Shown here: piece by piece, positions 12,347 to 32,035 of the stretch
How positions within the stretch are numbered: position 1 is the first letter of the stretch
Layout of the letters: every line of letters starts with the position of its first letter
DNA from: Chrysomallon squamiferum
Lineage: Eukaryota > Animalia > Mollusca
Direction: 5' to 3'
DNA: 64,000 bases
Assembly: GCA_012295275.1 (NCBI GenBank)
Contig: CM022671.1
Coordinates: forward strand, 4,340,001 to 4,404,000
Translations under genes and position numbers: made by a program
Notes under the pieces: generated by a model
Seen by the model: only the letters and a program-made list of their open reading frames with translations
Databases searched by the model: none
Told to the model about the DNA's origin: nothing

Positions 12347-13642
12347 CTATTTTCCTTGTTTCAAAAACTCGGAATAATTATTCTCGCAGACATGCACCTT
12401 GTTAATGAAATAATCGTTGTCTTCAACGCTTTGCAGCAGATTAGCTTGCACTAAACACACATCTTCAAACCTGGCAATTTCTTGTTTCGTCAAACTTCGC
12501 GCCGTCTGCTTGCTTTCGTCAAACATTCTCACGTCAACAATGCTGTCTTCCTCGAACGTCCGGAAGTTGTCGTCGAACAAAATATGGTGGACCCCGGCGT
12601 CACTTCCGTCGATCCAAAATGGCTTCCCCGCCAAGTACGAGTAGTTGTTGCTTTGCCAGTACGAAAAGTCGTCGACGAAACCCGAAATACCTTGCAGTTT
12701 TGAAATGAATCTGTATATGTCGCGTTCCTGGTAGAGTTTATGTACAACCTGGTTCGGCAGAGTTTGTTTGTTTTGTTCGTGCGGTTTACACGAGTTCGCT
12801 GTTTTCATATCCGAGTTTTTTTGCGAAGAATACGTCTCCAGACATATAGAAGGTTTACCGGATCGGATTATCGAACCTGGCGTTTGATCAACACTTAAAT
12901 TAACAGGCGAGCGGAATCCTGGATGATTACCTTTTAATCCGTAAGCCAAGCTTTTTAAAACGTTCGGGCAGTCGAGTCCGTACGTCCTTAAAACAATGGC
13001 GAAGTCTCGGTTCCTTTGAACGAGCGAGTGAATTAAGTTGTACAGCGATGGCAAAATGTAATGATAGGGTTGTCCGTCGCTCCCTCGCATCGTCAGGCAT
13101 TCGTCCCTAGCCTGGTTGTAAGGGTAGTTCCATTTTAGGAGTTCCAGGTGGTTTTCGAAGTAGGGAAGGAATTCCTCCCCTAAAGGTCTGTGAACGAAGT
13201 CCCCAGTAGCGATCCTAAGATCCCATCGGTCCATCGGAGTACGAACAAGTTTACGTTCCAAATATTTATAAAACGTGATCGAATCGGAATGCGGAGGCGC
13301 CAGGGACGGTTCCTTCGAGTGCCACACCCATTCCCCATCCTGGTCGTCGTTACCCCACGTGACTCCAGTTAAGAAGCTGTTGAGAGCTTGCTCCACTGTC
13401 ACGTTCGTAATGGAGTCCGCCACCAGAACGGTATTTCTGATATCAAAATGGAGGACAAGTTTCCGTTTCCGGCCGTTCTCTCTCATGACCGGAACGAACG
13501 ACCGCCTCCCAGGGCTGTTGTCGCGGCTGATGTCGACGTAGTTGCTGTTCTCCCTCAGGCCAGACACCGGCGACGCCGTTTTCATCAGTCTTTCGTTTAC
13601 CTGCAGACGAATATGGTTCTGACATGGCGCAGCATGATTCAT
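12347..13642 (-). CDS. Uncharacterised conserved protein with HAD-like motifs, 431 aa, single coding exon
   Basis: Long, complex ORF in visibly GC-richer sequence. Motifs: KLVLHFDIRNT (motif I-like), IVLRTYG (II), AGKP (III), HILFDDN (IV). From memory it resembles the zebrafish si:dkey-32e6.3 family. AATAAA lies about 60 nt after the stop (12288-12283, minus). Confidence 0.85.
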   Translation of the reverse strand: MNHAAPCQNHIRLQVNERLMKTASPVSGLRENSNYVDISRDNSPGRRSFVPVMRENGRKRKLVLHFDIRNTVLVADSITNVTVEQALNSFLTGVTWGNDDQDGEWVWHSKEPSLAPPHSDSITFYKYLERKLVRTPMDRWDLRIATGDFVHRPLGEEFLPYFENHLELLKWNYPYNQARDECLTMRGSDGQPYHYILPSLYNLIHSLVQRNRDFAIVLRTYGLDCPNVLKSLAYGLKGNHPGFRSPVNLSVDQTPGSIIRSGKPSICLETYSSQKNSDMKTANSCKPHEQNKQTLPNQVVHKLYQERDIYRFISKLQGISGFVDDFSYWQSNNYSYLAGKPFWIDGSDAGVHHILFDDNFRTFEEDSIVDVRMFDESKQTARSLTKQEIARFEDVCLVQANLLQSVEDNDYFINKVHVCENNYSEFLKQGK

Positions 13643-14137
13643 TCCTAACGCAGAGATTCAGTTTCTCTTTACTCATGTAAAATACCTCGTTTGGTCCCCC
13701 GTTCGCTAAGCCGATCCGTGTACAGAGCCACCAAATCCTTTTATGCCACCCGTTTATGACATGAATAGGCTAACCGGGTCAGTGTTAAAAAAAACACACA
13801 AACACGAGTTCTGACAGGTATCGGCAAGAATCGATACTCCCAGATATACGCAAATATATTCACCCAACCGCGCTCAACTCCGACGCAGTCACTCGGTTTT
13901 TACTGGTATTGAAAGCTTAAGAATAATAAGACGGACTAAGGGATATTACACAATCACTTGTAATTAAATAGCTAACAACAACTCCAATTAACGTCAACAC
14001 TGTCATCTTAATTAAAAACAGGGTACTTAATTAGCCTTTGTATAATATCTATCTCCTTCGTTTCTTCTTAAAAAAATTCTAACTGCTGCCTTGACTTTTT
14101 GTTTTGTAAGCTTAGAGACTTTTTTTGTTTGTTTCGC

Positions 14138-14150
14138 GTTGCCCGGTTAC
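14138..14150 (-). promoter_or_regulatory. RFX X-box GTAACCGGGCAAC upstream of the HAD-like gene
   Basis: Matches GTNRCC-N-RGYAAC, about 500 bp upstream of the ATG at 13642. Confidence 0.4.
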
Positions 14151-14599
14151 AGATGGACTTTCATAATTACCCTGCGAAAGGGTCCTTTAGTAATTTCGTT
14201 TAGTCACACACACACTCACTTCGTGCATTCAAAGAACAACAACAACAATAGCTGTTAAAAGGAAAGCTCAACAGTTGTGTTATTGCTGTCCAAGGTTATA
14301 TAGATTCCCGGTCTATTGCTGTATTACTTATTTATTGGAAAGTTTTATTCCAGGAAGAGAACTATTGAACACGAAAAGAAAGTGCACGCGATATCAAGGT
14401 CATTCGCTCTTCGTGTAAGATGAAAGAGAAATACACGAATGTAGAGAAAGTAAAGAAATTATTAAAAAGTAAGAATTTTATTGAAATTTGAGGAGCGAAT
14501 AAATGAATAAAACTATTAGATAGATAGATAGATAGATACACGTGGTTATATGTATAAACGAATTAACATGAATAAAAAATAATAAAAATTCATTTAGTA

Positions 14600-14638
<39 letters not shown>

Positions 14639-14872
14639 TCTCTCTCTTTGTATGGTAACAAATATTGTTACATTTATTCTGTGCGCATATACATTTTTTT
14701 TTAAATAAATAAATAAATAAAATATGTATTTGTATTTATATGCGAGTGTGTGTGTGTGTGTGTATATATATAATTAATAAATTATTAAAAATAAGACAAA
14801 AAATACAACAAATGACTATCAAAATTACAAAAAAGAAAAGAAAACAAAACAACATGATCAACTTAACAGCAA

Positions 14873-14933
<61 letters not shown>

Positions 14934-15705
14934 GCTTACAGCACCATCAACATCAAACAAGATTCTAGAGGCTATCAAGTAATATCTTTTCACTGATTTG
15001 CTTCCTCTTTTTTTTCCTAAACACTACATAATATAAACACAACCCGATATTACGATATTAAACGGGTTTCTTCTCTAACCAACAACAGGTAAAAAAAAAA
15101 AAAAAAAAAATCTACCCACTCTTCACTTCATTACAGTAAGTGACAAAATAAAGAAATTGTCTTCCTAGTTTTTTTGAATCACCAGATAAAAACCCGCACC
15201 GATAACCACGTGTGACTTAGACTTTGGTGTGTCTATAATTAGGTCAGTGAATAGATTTTTGTATCGGAGTATTCTGGGTATGTTGTTGATAAAAAAAAAA
15301 CACAAAACGTACTACTACGTGAAGGTCGCGGATTTATTGAGTTTTGTTCAGCGAAGCGAATGAAATTGTTTGTTTGTGTAGACTGGAATTTTTACGACCA
15401 CATGATTGTAAAATGTATGGATTTAACTGTAACTTTGTGGTCAGTTTCTTTTCTCGAATATTCTTTGATTTTTGGTTACGATTTTTTTATTTCCTTATTT
15501 TCTTTTTTATTTCTTTCTTTTTATCTATCTTTCGTTGTTTGTTTTTTTTCTTTTTCTTTTTTAATTAATTTATTTATTTTTTGATTTATCTGTTTTTCTG
15601 TTTTCTTTTCGTCGATTTCCTTTCTTTCTTTCATGCTTTCATTCATCATTTTCTTTCTTCTTCCTTCTTCTTCAATTCCTTGTTTTCCTGTCATTTTCAT
15701 TGTGT

Positions 15706-15805
<100 letters not shown>

Positions 15806-17807
15806 TTATTTATATACATACATTATTTCTCTCAGTCTTTCATTCTTTATTGATATTGATTTTTGCTTAATGAAGCTTGAACCAAGGTTTGATTGTGTGG
15901 TTTCGAACGTTATTTTTATAATCACATTTGTAAAGTATACAGTTTATGTCAGTTTAACTGTGTTCGTGTTTTCCTTGCATTATCTTCTGTTTTGTTTTCT
16001 CTCTTGTTTTCTTTTCTTTCGTTATTATTATTTTTTTTTCTTCTTTCTCTTTCTGTTTGCTCTTTCATTATTACTTTTTTGTTTCTTTTTTTCTTTCTTA
16101 TTTACTAAGTCGTTTCTCTATTTTCATTCCTTCTGTTTCTTTTTTTATCTCCATATTTTTTTTTTCTCCTTCGCGTTTTGCTTTTCTTTCTATCTTTAAT
16201 TCTCTTTTCTTTCGTTCGCCTGTCTCTCTGTTTGTTTATAAGTCAGTTTGTATCATTATTTCTCATTATTTGATATATATTTTTTTAATGGTATTTTTTA
16301 AACAATATTATTATACGTGCTGATTTAATACTAGCGTTGGTAACGTTTATTTATTTATTTCCTTTGTTTTTTGTTTACCCATATTTGTTTCTGTCTTCCA
16401 TTCTTTCATTATTTTTCATCATTTATTTATGTCTCTTTGTTCTTTCTTTCTCATGCTTTATGTTTTCGCCCTTTTGTTTTTTTTTCCTTTGTCCTTTGTT
16501 TTATTTTGTTTTGTTAAAAATTCATTCGTTCTATTTTCCGCTTTACTGTAATATGTTAGCTCGCTTCTTTCGTCATTTCTTTGTTTTATCTGTCGTCGAA
16601 TGCATATCCATAACCAGACACAATACTCTGTAATATTACGCCATGGGTATGTGTGTTAAAAACAACACAATTATTTCGACGTTTAACTATCACTGATAGT
16701 CAATGATAGTTTCCTGATACTTTGTCTACAAGTCAAAAAGCATTGCAGGCTTTGTTCTACACAACAGTCAGGAAAAATGTGCTCATATTCTTTCCATCGT
16801 AAAAATCCGTCTCGCTATTACATGTCACGCTTGATGGAAATTTCTAGAACGATTGTTTGATTAAAACAAAGAACTGATCTGTATTCATTTTGTACAAATA
16901 TACATCTGTACATACACACACACGAAGATTATATATACCCACATACACACAGACTGATATACACACATTATACATTGACAGAAATACACACACGTACACG
17001 CACAGTCACAGAACTGTACATCCACCCCAAACACGTACATACGTACCCAAGAACGTACGTCCACAAAAGCACACCTGTACATCCACCCCCTCACACACGC
17101 GCACACACACGCACACACGTCCATCCACGCTCACACACTTATTCATTAAACACAAAGCTTAAGTAAAACAAACAAGACAAATTTCAAATCTACATTTTAT
17201 TTGGTGTCTGCTGCATTGAATCAGATACAAAAAAAAATTATCTGATCAAATACTTACAAAGCAATGAACAGCAAATGATAGAAAGAAAAATAGTAAGAAC
17301 AAAAAAATAAAAGAATCATATCATATTTTTATAAAGAATAAAAATGAAAATTTTGTATTTATTAATACTGAACAAAAAAGTTAAGGACCGTAACATTTTT
17401 TTTTTTTTTTTTTTGTTTTGTAAAAATGAACAGCCATTAATATAAATCATGATATATAAGTAAGTAAATAAATAAATAAGTAAATTAAATAACAAAACTA
17501 GATTACTCTGTGAATGAAAACATACCGCCAATGGATTTCCTGTTTGCATGACTAGAAAAAGCAATACCCATCAAAACACTGTGAGCAAATGTGAACGTTC
17601 CCCAACTTTTTTGTACAGTATATATTAAAAATAGCATTAGTAAAATGAACACTTGTAATTTGTATATTAAGTAAAGAAATAAATATAAATAAATAAAAGT
17701 GATTGATCAAATGTAAATGAAGTAATAAAATTTCAAATAAAAATATAGACTGACTGACTAAGAATTGAGTTTATAACAAAATTTGTAATAGTAAATAGAC
17801 ATTTATA

Positions 17808-17838
<31 letters not shown>

Positions 17839-17908
17839 ATATCCTTGTACAATAAGTAGCTAAACAAGTAAGTAATAAAATACAGATAGGCAAACAGATA
17901 CAGAGAGA

Positions 17909-17993
<85 letters not shown>

Positions 17994-18985
17994 GTCTTTT
18001 CAAATAATATACCTAAAGCTAATGAACAGAAATACGCACTAGCTCAGTCTTTAGAGGTTTGTTGTACCGAATAAATATTTCGGTACATTTGACTTCGTCT
18101 TAGTAGTTTACTTTACAAAATGAAAGTTCTTGGCAAACTCAGTAAAATAAATAAAATTATATTTTACACCAATGTTTATTTGCATAAATAAAATTAAAAT
18201 TAAATTAAATTAAAATACCTAAATCAACAGTAGTAATGGGGGAAAAATAATTCACTAATTTGATTATATTAAAGTTACCATTAAACAAAACTTTCTGAAG
18301 CTGATATACAATTATACGATAAACAGATACATTATATATTTTTTTTGAAAATGCAAATGCATGTTTCTACTAACTTTACTTAATAAAATATCTGATATAA
18401 ATAAATAAATGTTTATGATCCTGTATGATGAAATGTATATTAGTAAAGTTATTTAAAAAATAAAAATTGTAAAATTTGTTGTTTTAAAAAAGGCACTGAG
18501 TACACGATATACTTCATTTAGTAAAAACATATATTGCACTAGACGTACACTTTGAGCAGTTAGTTTCTTACATAATAAATGAATCGGAAATGACGTCAAA
18601 TCGTAGACAACTTGTAAAGTTAACAAATTCACATTTTGCATGAGAAAGTAATTCAAAAATATATTTTCATGCGTTAATTTCTCTTGTCTCTTCTTAACTT
18701 TCACTGTAAATGTACGGATATTGTGTTGTGTGTATGTATGTGTTAATTCATGTACTTCAAATAAATTAATAAGCATGGCATCATCTATATCGAAAATCCA
18801 TAAAGCTTTAAGCATTTTTCTTAGGTCAAAAGGTCACAGAGCTATGTTAATTACTCCATTATTTGTCAAGCGCCGAGGTTATGACGTCATAACCCGATAT
18901 TACATAATTGTGTTTGTTTTTTCTCCGCCCCCACCGTACTAAAATCTATACGTGTTTTCAAATCACAGGTCGAATAGAACGTCAA

Positions 18986-25310
<6,325 letters not shown>

Positions 25311-26262
25311 CTGAAAAAGGAAAAAAATTAATAAATAAAAAAATAATAATAATAAAAAAAAGAAAAGAAAAGAAAAAAAAGAAATTATAAAAAATAAAAA
25401 TAATAATAATAAAAAAATTAAAATTTAAAAACAAATTAAAAAAAAAAGATTTCTGTGGAATTCAGTGTTTTAGGATTCTTGAGAACTGAAAAGAATCTTT
25501 TAAATAATTTTAACAAATCGTAATCATCATTACAGACTGCGTCATGAACGGCAAGATAATTTTGAATCACAACAACAATAGCAACAACAACGACAACGAC
25601 GACGATAATCAGTAACGTCTGCAAAACTGCAGAAACAGTATTAGATATACTGCTATAATTTCAAAGAAAGGGAGATAGGAATCAAGAAGTCTCGAACGTG
25701 CAAAATGAAATGCACTAAACTGGTTTTAACAAGATATTCAATGCAGGATGATAATCAGGTACAAAAACTATTACCAGTCTTGGAGCATTGGTTGGAACGA
25801 ACAAAATATAACTCTGAATGGATGCATGGAGGTTTATTATACACACTCTGAAGGAATGTTCGCGACATATATTCAGAAATAATTTTAATGTCTATAAATT
25901 ATTGCTAGTTTGAGTAGTTTACTTTCACGTTTTCTTGATTTTGTCACAGAAACTAAAGAAAGAAAGAAGAAAGAAACATTAGGAGGAGGACAGAAAGAAA
26001 TAAAGATGTTACAGAAGAGAAAGAAAGAATTAGGAAAATAAAATTAAAAATTAAAAAAATAATATAAAATAAAAAGAGATCCAAAACGAAAGAAAAAATA
26101 TTTCAAAAGAAGGAATGGATAAAACAATAAATGAAAAAGAGTGAGAGATAGAAATAAAAATAATAAAGAAAGAAAGAAACTTGACTTTATCAGTGCAAAA
26201 GGAATTCTTTTGAAAAGGAGAAAATGAAAACCAGCAGCTCTGTAATCTCTGATCATACTCAC

Positions 26263-26283
26263 CATTGCACTTTTAGTTGCCAT
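26263..26283 (-). CDS. TUBA: Candidate proximal first coding exon of alpha-tubulin (ATG|gtgagt, with an in-frame upstream ATG giving MATKSAM)
   Basis: ggATG GCA ACT AAA AGT GCA ATG|gtgagtatg: a phase-0 donor compatible with exon 2 (CGT GAG TGT). Confidence 0.6.
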
Positions 26284-27165
26284 CCAACAAGCGACTTCTC
26301 TAATTATTAAAGTTCTTTTTATTTCAGTTAACAAATATTTTCCCTTTTTCAAGATATTTAATAGAATTCTTTACAGAACGATCCAACAAGAACGTACCGT
26401 ATTTTTTTTTTTTTTTTTTTTTTTAATTTCTAAAAACCGTTAGAACTAACAAGAACTAACAGCACGTAACGAAAAACTTCTTAGTTTAATTTAAAACGTT
26501 CCTTTAAGAAAATTTATACAAATAAACGCTCGTTTTTGGCGAGCCCTCGTTTACGTTAGACTCTCAAACTGCAGCAAAGTGCAGACAACAGAGAGACCTT
26601 CTCAGCGTTCTCTTACTCAATCGTTTATTTTCGAAAAAAAAACTTTTTTGCTGCTTCTGCGGAGCAGACGATAATTTTGGACTTCAGAACGAGGCGAACA
26701 CGTAATCGTTAAGTGAAAAGACGCGAGGAAGGTCTGATGCGTGGAATGCTTTGGAACAGTTTGCCATCTGCTAAAATAATGCCGTCTGCTGCAGCAAAAT
26801 ACGATTTCGGGAAAGTTCGCTTCCAGCTGCCTTAATGACAGAGGTGTGAAAACTGATAAGGGTTTCAGGGAAATAAAAAGAAAAAAAAAAAAAAAAAAAA
26901 AAAAAAAGAAAAACGTAAGGTGTAGGATTTTGTTACCGTAGTTAAGAATATTCTTTGAAGAAAAAAAAAAAAAAAAAAAAAAAAAAATGGTTGTAGAAAT
27001 GAATTGTTTGGTTAATTTTTTTTTTTTTTTACAATCAATTAGCTTAAAAGGTTCAAGTAAAATGTTTGAAAAGTTGTGAATTGAGGTTAAAAGATGGTGA
27101 ATTTTATTTACAATCTTGTTTTAAACACAATTTAAAGAGATAAAGAGAGAAAAGACATTTTATAT

Positions 27166-27223
<58 letters not shown>

Positions 27224-28155
27224 AAACACGCACAGAGAGAAAAAGATAGAGATATAGATATAGTCAGATAGACAAACAGACAGAGTAATAGAGAAATACA
27301 GAGCGAGATATCGAGAGAACTGGAAAAGGACGAAAACAACGACGGAATGAAAGAGTGAGAGAAAGAAACAATAAAACAAAAATAAATTAAAAAATTAAAA
27401 ACAGGAAGAAAACGACAAAGGAACAGCGATACAGAAATAAACGGACAACATGATGAGAGAACCGGAAAATAAAAAAAAGAAAGAAAGAAAGAATTCAAGC
27501 GAGAGAGAAAACACAAGAAAGAATTCGAGAGAGAGAGAGAGAAAAAAAAGAAAGAATTCGCCTTGTATGACTAACACTAACAGCTGTTTAATACGTTACA
27601 CGAGAATACACAAATAGCTTGTACGTCAGACGTGTGTATTACAACTACACAGTTTATAATTAACCGTATATTCCGTTCCGTAATCTGTGACGCGGAAGAT
27701 AAAACAACGTATATCTCTTAGGCCCAGGTACTCGACAAAGAAATTCGTTTTCTGATAATTTTTCGCTGCTCGTAGCCTATCTCTGCATGTTTAACGGAGT
27801 TACTGATAAAGAAGAAAAAATTGTACAGGTAATTTGACATGCAGCAGGCCTAAAACTATTTTGAGATGAGATACACATTCGGTGTTAAGTGCTTGTAAAC
27901 AATAGGGAAAATTATTTTTAGTGGCTCTGGCTATGTGTGTGTGTGAAGAAAGGTAAGGAAAAGGGATAGAGAAAATGAAAGGAAAGAGCTAGAAAAAAAA
28001 AAAAGTCAGGAAACCGAAAGATATAATGATGTACAGATAGACAGTTAGACACAGACGTATATAAATACAGATAGAGAGAGAGATAGAGAGATTTAGAGAT
28101 ATATACATAGATATAGACAAAATTATATACACACACACATACACATATATATAAT

Positions 28156-28233
<78 letters not shown>

Positions 28234-29198
28234 ACAGACTAATTAGTAGACAGACAAATTGTTAGATAATAAGAAAGAGATAAATAGACAAATAAAGAAG
28301 GCTAGATAAAGAGATAGATGTTTAGACAGAGAGATAAACAGAGGGATAACAGACAGATAATCAGTGAAAGAGAGAGAGAGAGAGAGAAAAATAGAGTTGT
28401 CATATAACGGATAGAAAGACAGACACAGATAGAAAGGTAGTTAGGTAGTTAAATAGGTAAATAGGAAGAAAGATGCACAGCTAGATAGATATATAGATAG
28501 ATAGAGAGATAGAGAGACAGAGAGTAGAGAGATATAGATAAATATACAGGTAACCAGAAAGAGAAAAAAAAAAAAAGAGAGATTTATAATAAGAATATAT
28601 TTTCTTTCTATTGAAAAGTTAATCAATCATAAGCAGCATTTGCACGTTCTGATTCAGAACGAACGAACAAATGTGTGTTTACTTGACGACATCTCAGGAA
28701 AATTAACACTTTGTCAAACCTACGTTTCTGGCCATTCTCAGCCTTTTTTACGACTGTCGGCTCTGATTCAGACATATTCTGTTGTACGAGTGTGGCAGAC
28801 GTCAGGCAAATTACTTATTTATATTTATAAAAGATGGGTTCAGCGACTCGTACCAACTCCAGCTGCTGCAAAGTCAACACAACAGCTAATTTCAAAGTGA
28901 GAAATTTGCAAAAAATTAGCTTCTACGTATTTCTAGAGCGATTTCGTTGGGATGGCGGTTATCATTCTAGAGCGCTTGTTAGCATACGAACTAGGGACGT
29001 TAGGGTGTTGAGATGTTAGTGTGTTGGGGTGTTAGTGTGTTAAAATGTTAGAAGAAGACTGCACTGTTGTTATACGTCTTCAGTTAGTTCACGGGCGAAG
29101 GTTAGAAGAGGTATGAATAACGTTGACAAAAGTGCCATTTAATTTAATGTGGTTGTAGTTGTTTATTTATTTATTTGTTTGTTTGTTTGTTTGTTTGT

Positions 29199-29229
<31 letters not shown>

Positions 29230-30170
29230 TTATTATTATTGTTGTTGTTGTTGTTGTGATTATTATTATTGTTATTGTTATTGTTATTATTATTTTTATT
29301 ATTATTATTATTATTATTGTTAATTAATTAATTTGTTTGTTTGTTTGTTTAAATGGACAGAAACATTTAAAGAATTATTTACGTTCTCTCTTTCTCTCTC
29401 TCTCTCCCTCTCTTTCCTCCTCTCTCACCTCTCTCTTTTTCTCTCTATTTTGGTTTCTCTTTCTTTCTTTTTTTTTTTTTTTTTTTTGCAACGAAACCAA
29501 CAAATGTACACATGTCATCACATTCCGGGACTTTTGCCACTTTTTTCACTATAAAACAAAAATATTTTTAATTCCTCCACAAACATATAACCTGACAAAT
29601 ACAACAGACTCTTATTCATATTTCTCTGACCCACAAACATTCTAAACTTGTACAAAAACTGTGAAAAAAAACCCCCAAAACCCCACAAAAATACAATATG
29701 GATACTGTTGATGACAAGCAAAGGTCACATGAGATAACACATATTTCTGTTGTGTAAATGACGACTGCACATTCTAGCGTTAAATTCCTATCCTAGATGG
29801 TGACATACTGACAGACTGACAGATTACGGACGGAACAATAGTTGCATAACACCGACATCAGCTGTCAAGACTATGAATTGTGTTTGTGTATGCGCAGTGA
29901 TGTTTTTCATATTTAGAACCAGGAGAATAGCGGATGTATCAATATTCTGAAGAATGTAGAAAGAAAATAGGCAAAGCCTTCTCGTCCCCACAAGAAAACG
30001 ATGAAGCTGGAGAAAGAAGTGTTATCCAAAAAAAAACAAAAAAACATTAAAATAACAATATTACTGAAAATGTCCCAACAAAAAAAAAAAAAAAAAAAAA
30101 AGAAAAAATCAACCACAAAAACAAGAAACAAACATACAAAAAATGAAAAAGAACAACAACAACAAAAAAC

Positions 30171-30560
30171 ATGCATGTGTATGTATATGAGTGTGTACAT
30201 GTTTGTTTTTGACGTGCATATGTATGTGTATATTTATGTATGTATGTATGTATTCATGTATGTATGTTTGTATGTATGTATGAATGTATGCATGCATGCA
30301 TGTATGTATGTATGTATGTATGCATGCATGTATGTATGTATGTATGTATGCATGTATGTATGTATGTATGTATGTATGCATGTAAGTATGCATGCATGCA
30401 TGCATGTATGTATGTATGCATGTATGCATGAGAAATGAATGAGTGTGTGTGTGTATATGTATATATATGTTTGTATGTATATATGTATGTATGAATGAAT
30501 GAATGTTTATATATATATGTTTGTATCTATGTACGTTTGTATGTATGTATGTATGTATGT
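30171..30560. repeat. (ATGT/ATGC)n tetranucleotide repeat
   Basis: Tandem TATG/CATG units; source of the spurious MYVC ORFs. Confidence 0.92.
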
Positions 30561-31210
30561 ATGTGTGTGTATATCCATATAATAATGTGTCTGTGTGAGT
30601 GTGCGCGGGCGCATATCTCTGTCTGTATGTTAATGCACATTTATTTCAAAAATGGCCAACGTGAATCAGCTATTACTAAGAGAAGGGGTCAACTCAAATT
30701 AAATCTGTCAGCCTCACATGATAGCCATCTACATGTCAAATAAACAGTCAGCAAACCACGAGATAATTGTTTTTCAATGAACTCGCGGAACCCTCGTTTC
30801 AATTACAAACCACCCACCAACACAGCACACAACTATTTTCCGTGTCAATCAAAGATATGGAAACGAACGCGCCCACCTCACTGAGGGGTTTGTTCGATTG
30901 ACATACGCAAACCAAAAGGAATTGGTAAATGAAGATAAACCGAAGAACAGCGCATTATCTTGGTGCTTAAGAAAGTCAGAACTGAAAATTAAAGTGTGGT
31001 TATGGGGTTAGAAATATTTTGTCTAATTAGAGTTTGCATTTTTCAAGCGTTTGTTTTAATTAATTTTTGTTAAAGAGTATTTATGTGTGGACAAAAAGTC
31101 TCTGTATGTAGGTCTATTTATATTCTCTGTTATTATCTGTCTCTGTGTGTCTCTGCCTCTTTTTTTTTCTTTCTCTGTCTACCTTTTCATATATCAATCT
31201 CTAGATATTT

Positions 31211-31338
<128 letters not shown>

Positions 31339-31995
31339 CTGAGAGAACGAAATATGCTTCTATTTTCGTTTGGCAATTCAAATATAAATTGCACATGCTA
31401 ATCAGAACAAGCTGTGAAAAATAATGATAACAATCATAATAAAAAAAAAAACGAATTCTGATGTCACACAGTGCAAAACATCATTTTCAAGCAACATTCC
31501 AACATGCAAAAAAAGCATATCCCATAAAATTTGATAAAACCAGTCATCGAGTACTGACTGGCACGTGCAACATCAGCAACCAGGAGAAAAGAGAATATAA
31601 CTTCACACTGAATCATCGTTCAGACGTTCGTTCTAACCACCAAGCCCACGACCTCTCCAAACAAGACAAAGACAGATGCACATTCATCGCGAAAATTGCT
31701 TTAATAGAGCAAGCCACGTTTCAGCTGCTGATAGACAAAATCCAGACTCGGTATAAATAGTTAAAGATGAACTGGTCAGAAGAAAACAAGAGTGGTTCCA
31801 TGATTCCAGAAAAAAAAAAAAAAAAAAACCACAGAGGTGCACTCTATCTTTGTGGTTGGTTCAGATTTCAAATATTTAATTAATTTAGTTATGACGATAA
31901 AACGACGGCTGGGAAATATTTAAATTGGGGATGAGGGAGTGCTATGGATGAACATACCCTACTCCTTTCATTCAATCAATCCATTCTGGGATTGC

Positions 31996-32035
<40 letters not shown>

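Noticed and set aside
12347-13642. Bacterial contamination or recent horizontal transfer for the intronless GC-richer gene
   Set aside because: The flanks are host-type microsatellite DNA with a poly(A) signal, the tubulin exons are similarly GC/CpG-rich, and the family is recalled from other animals. Phylogeny is needed to exclude it fully.
31461-31760. 99-aa non-repetitive plus-strand ORF with a TATA-like motif at its end
   Set aside because: No recognisable homology, splice context or partner exons.
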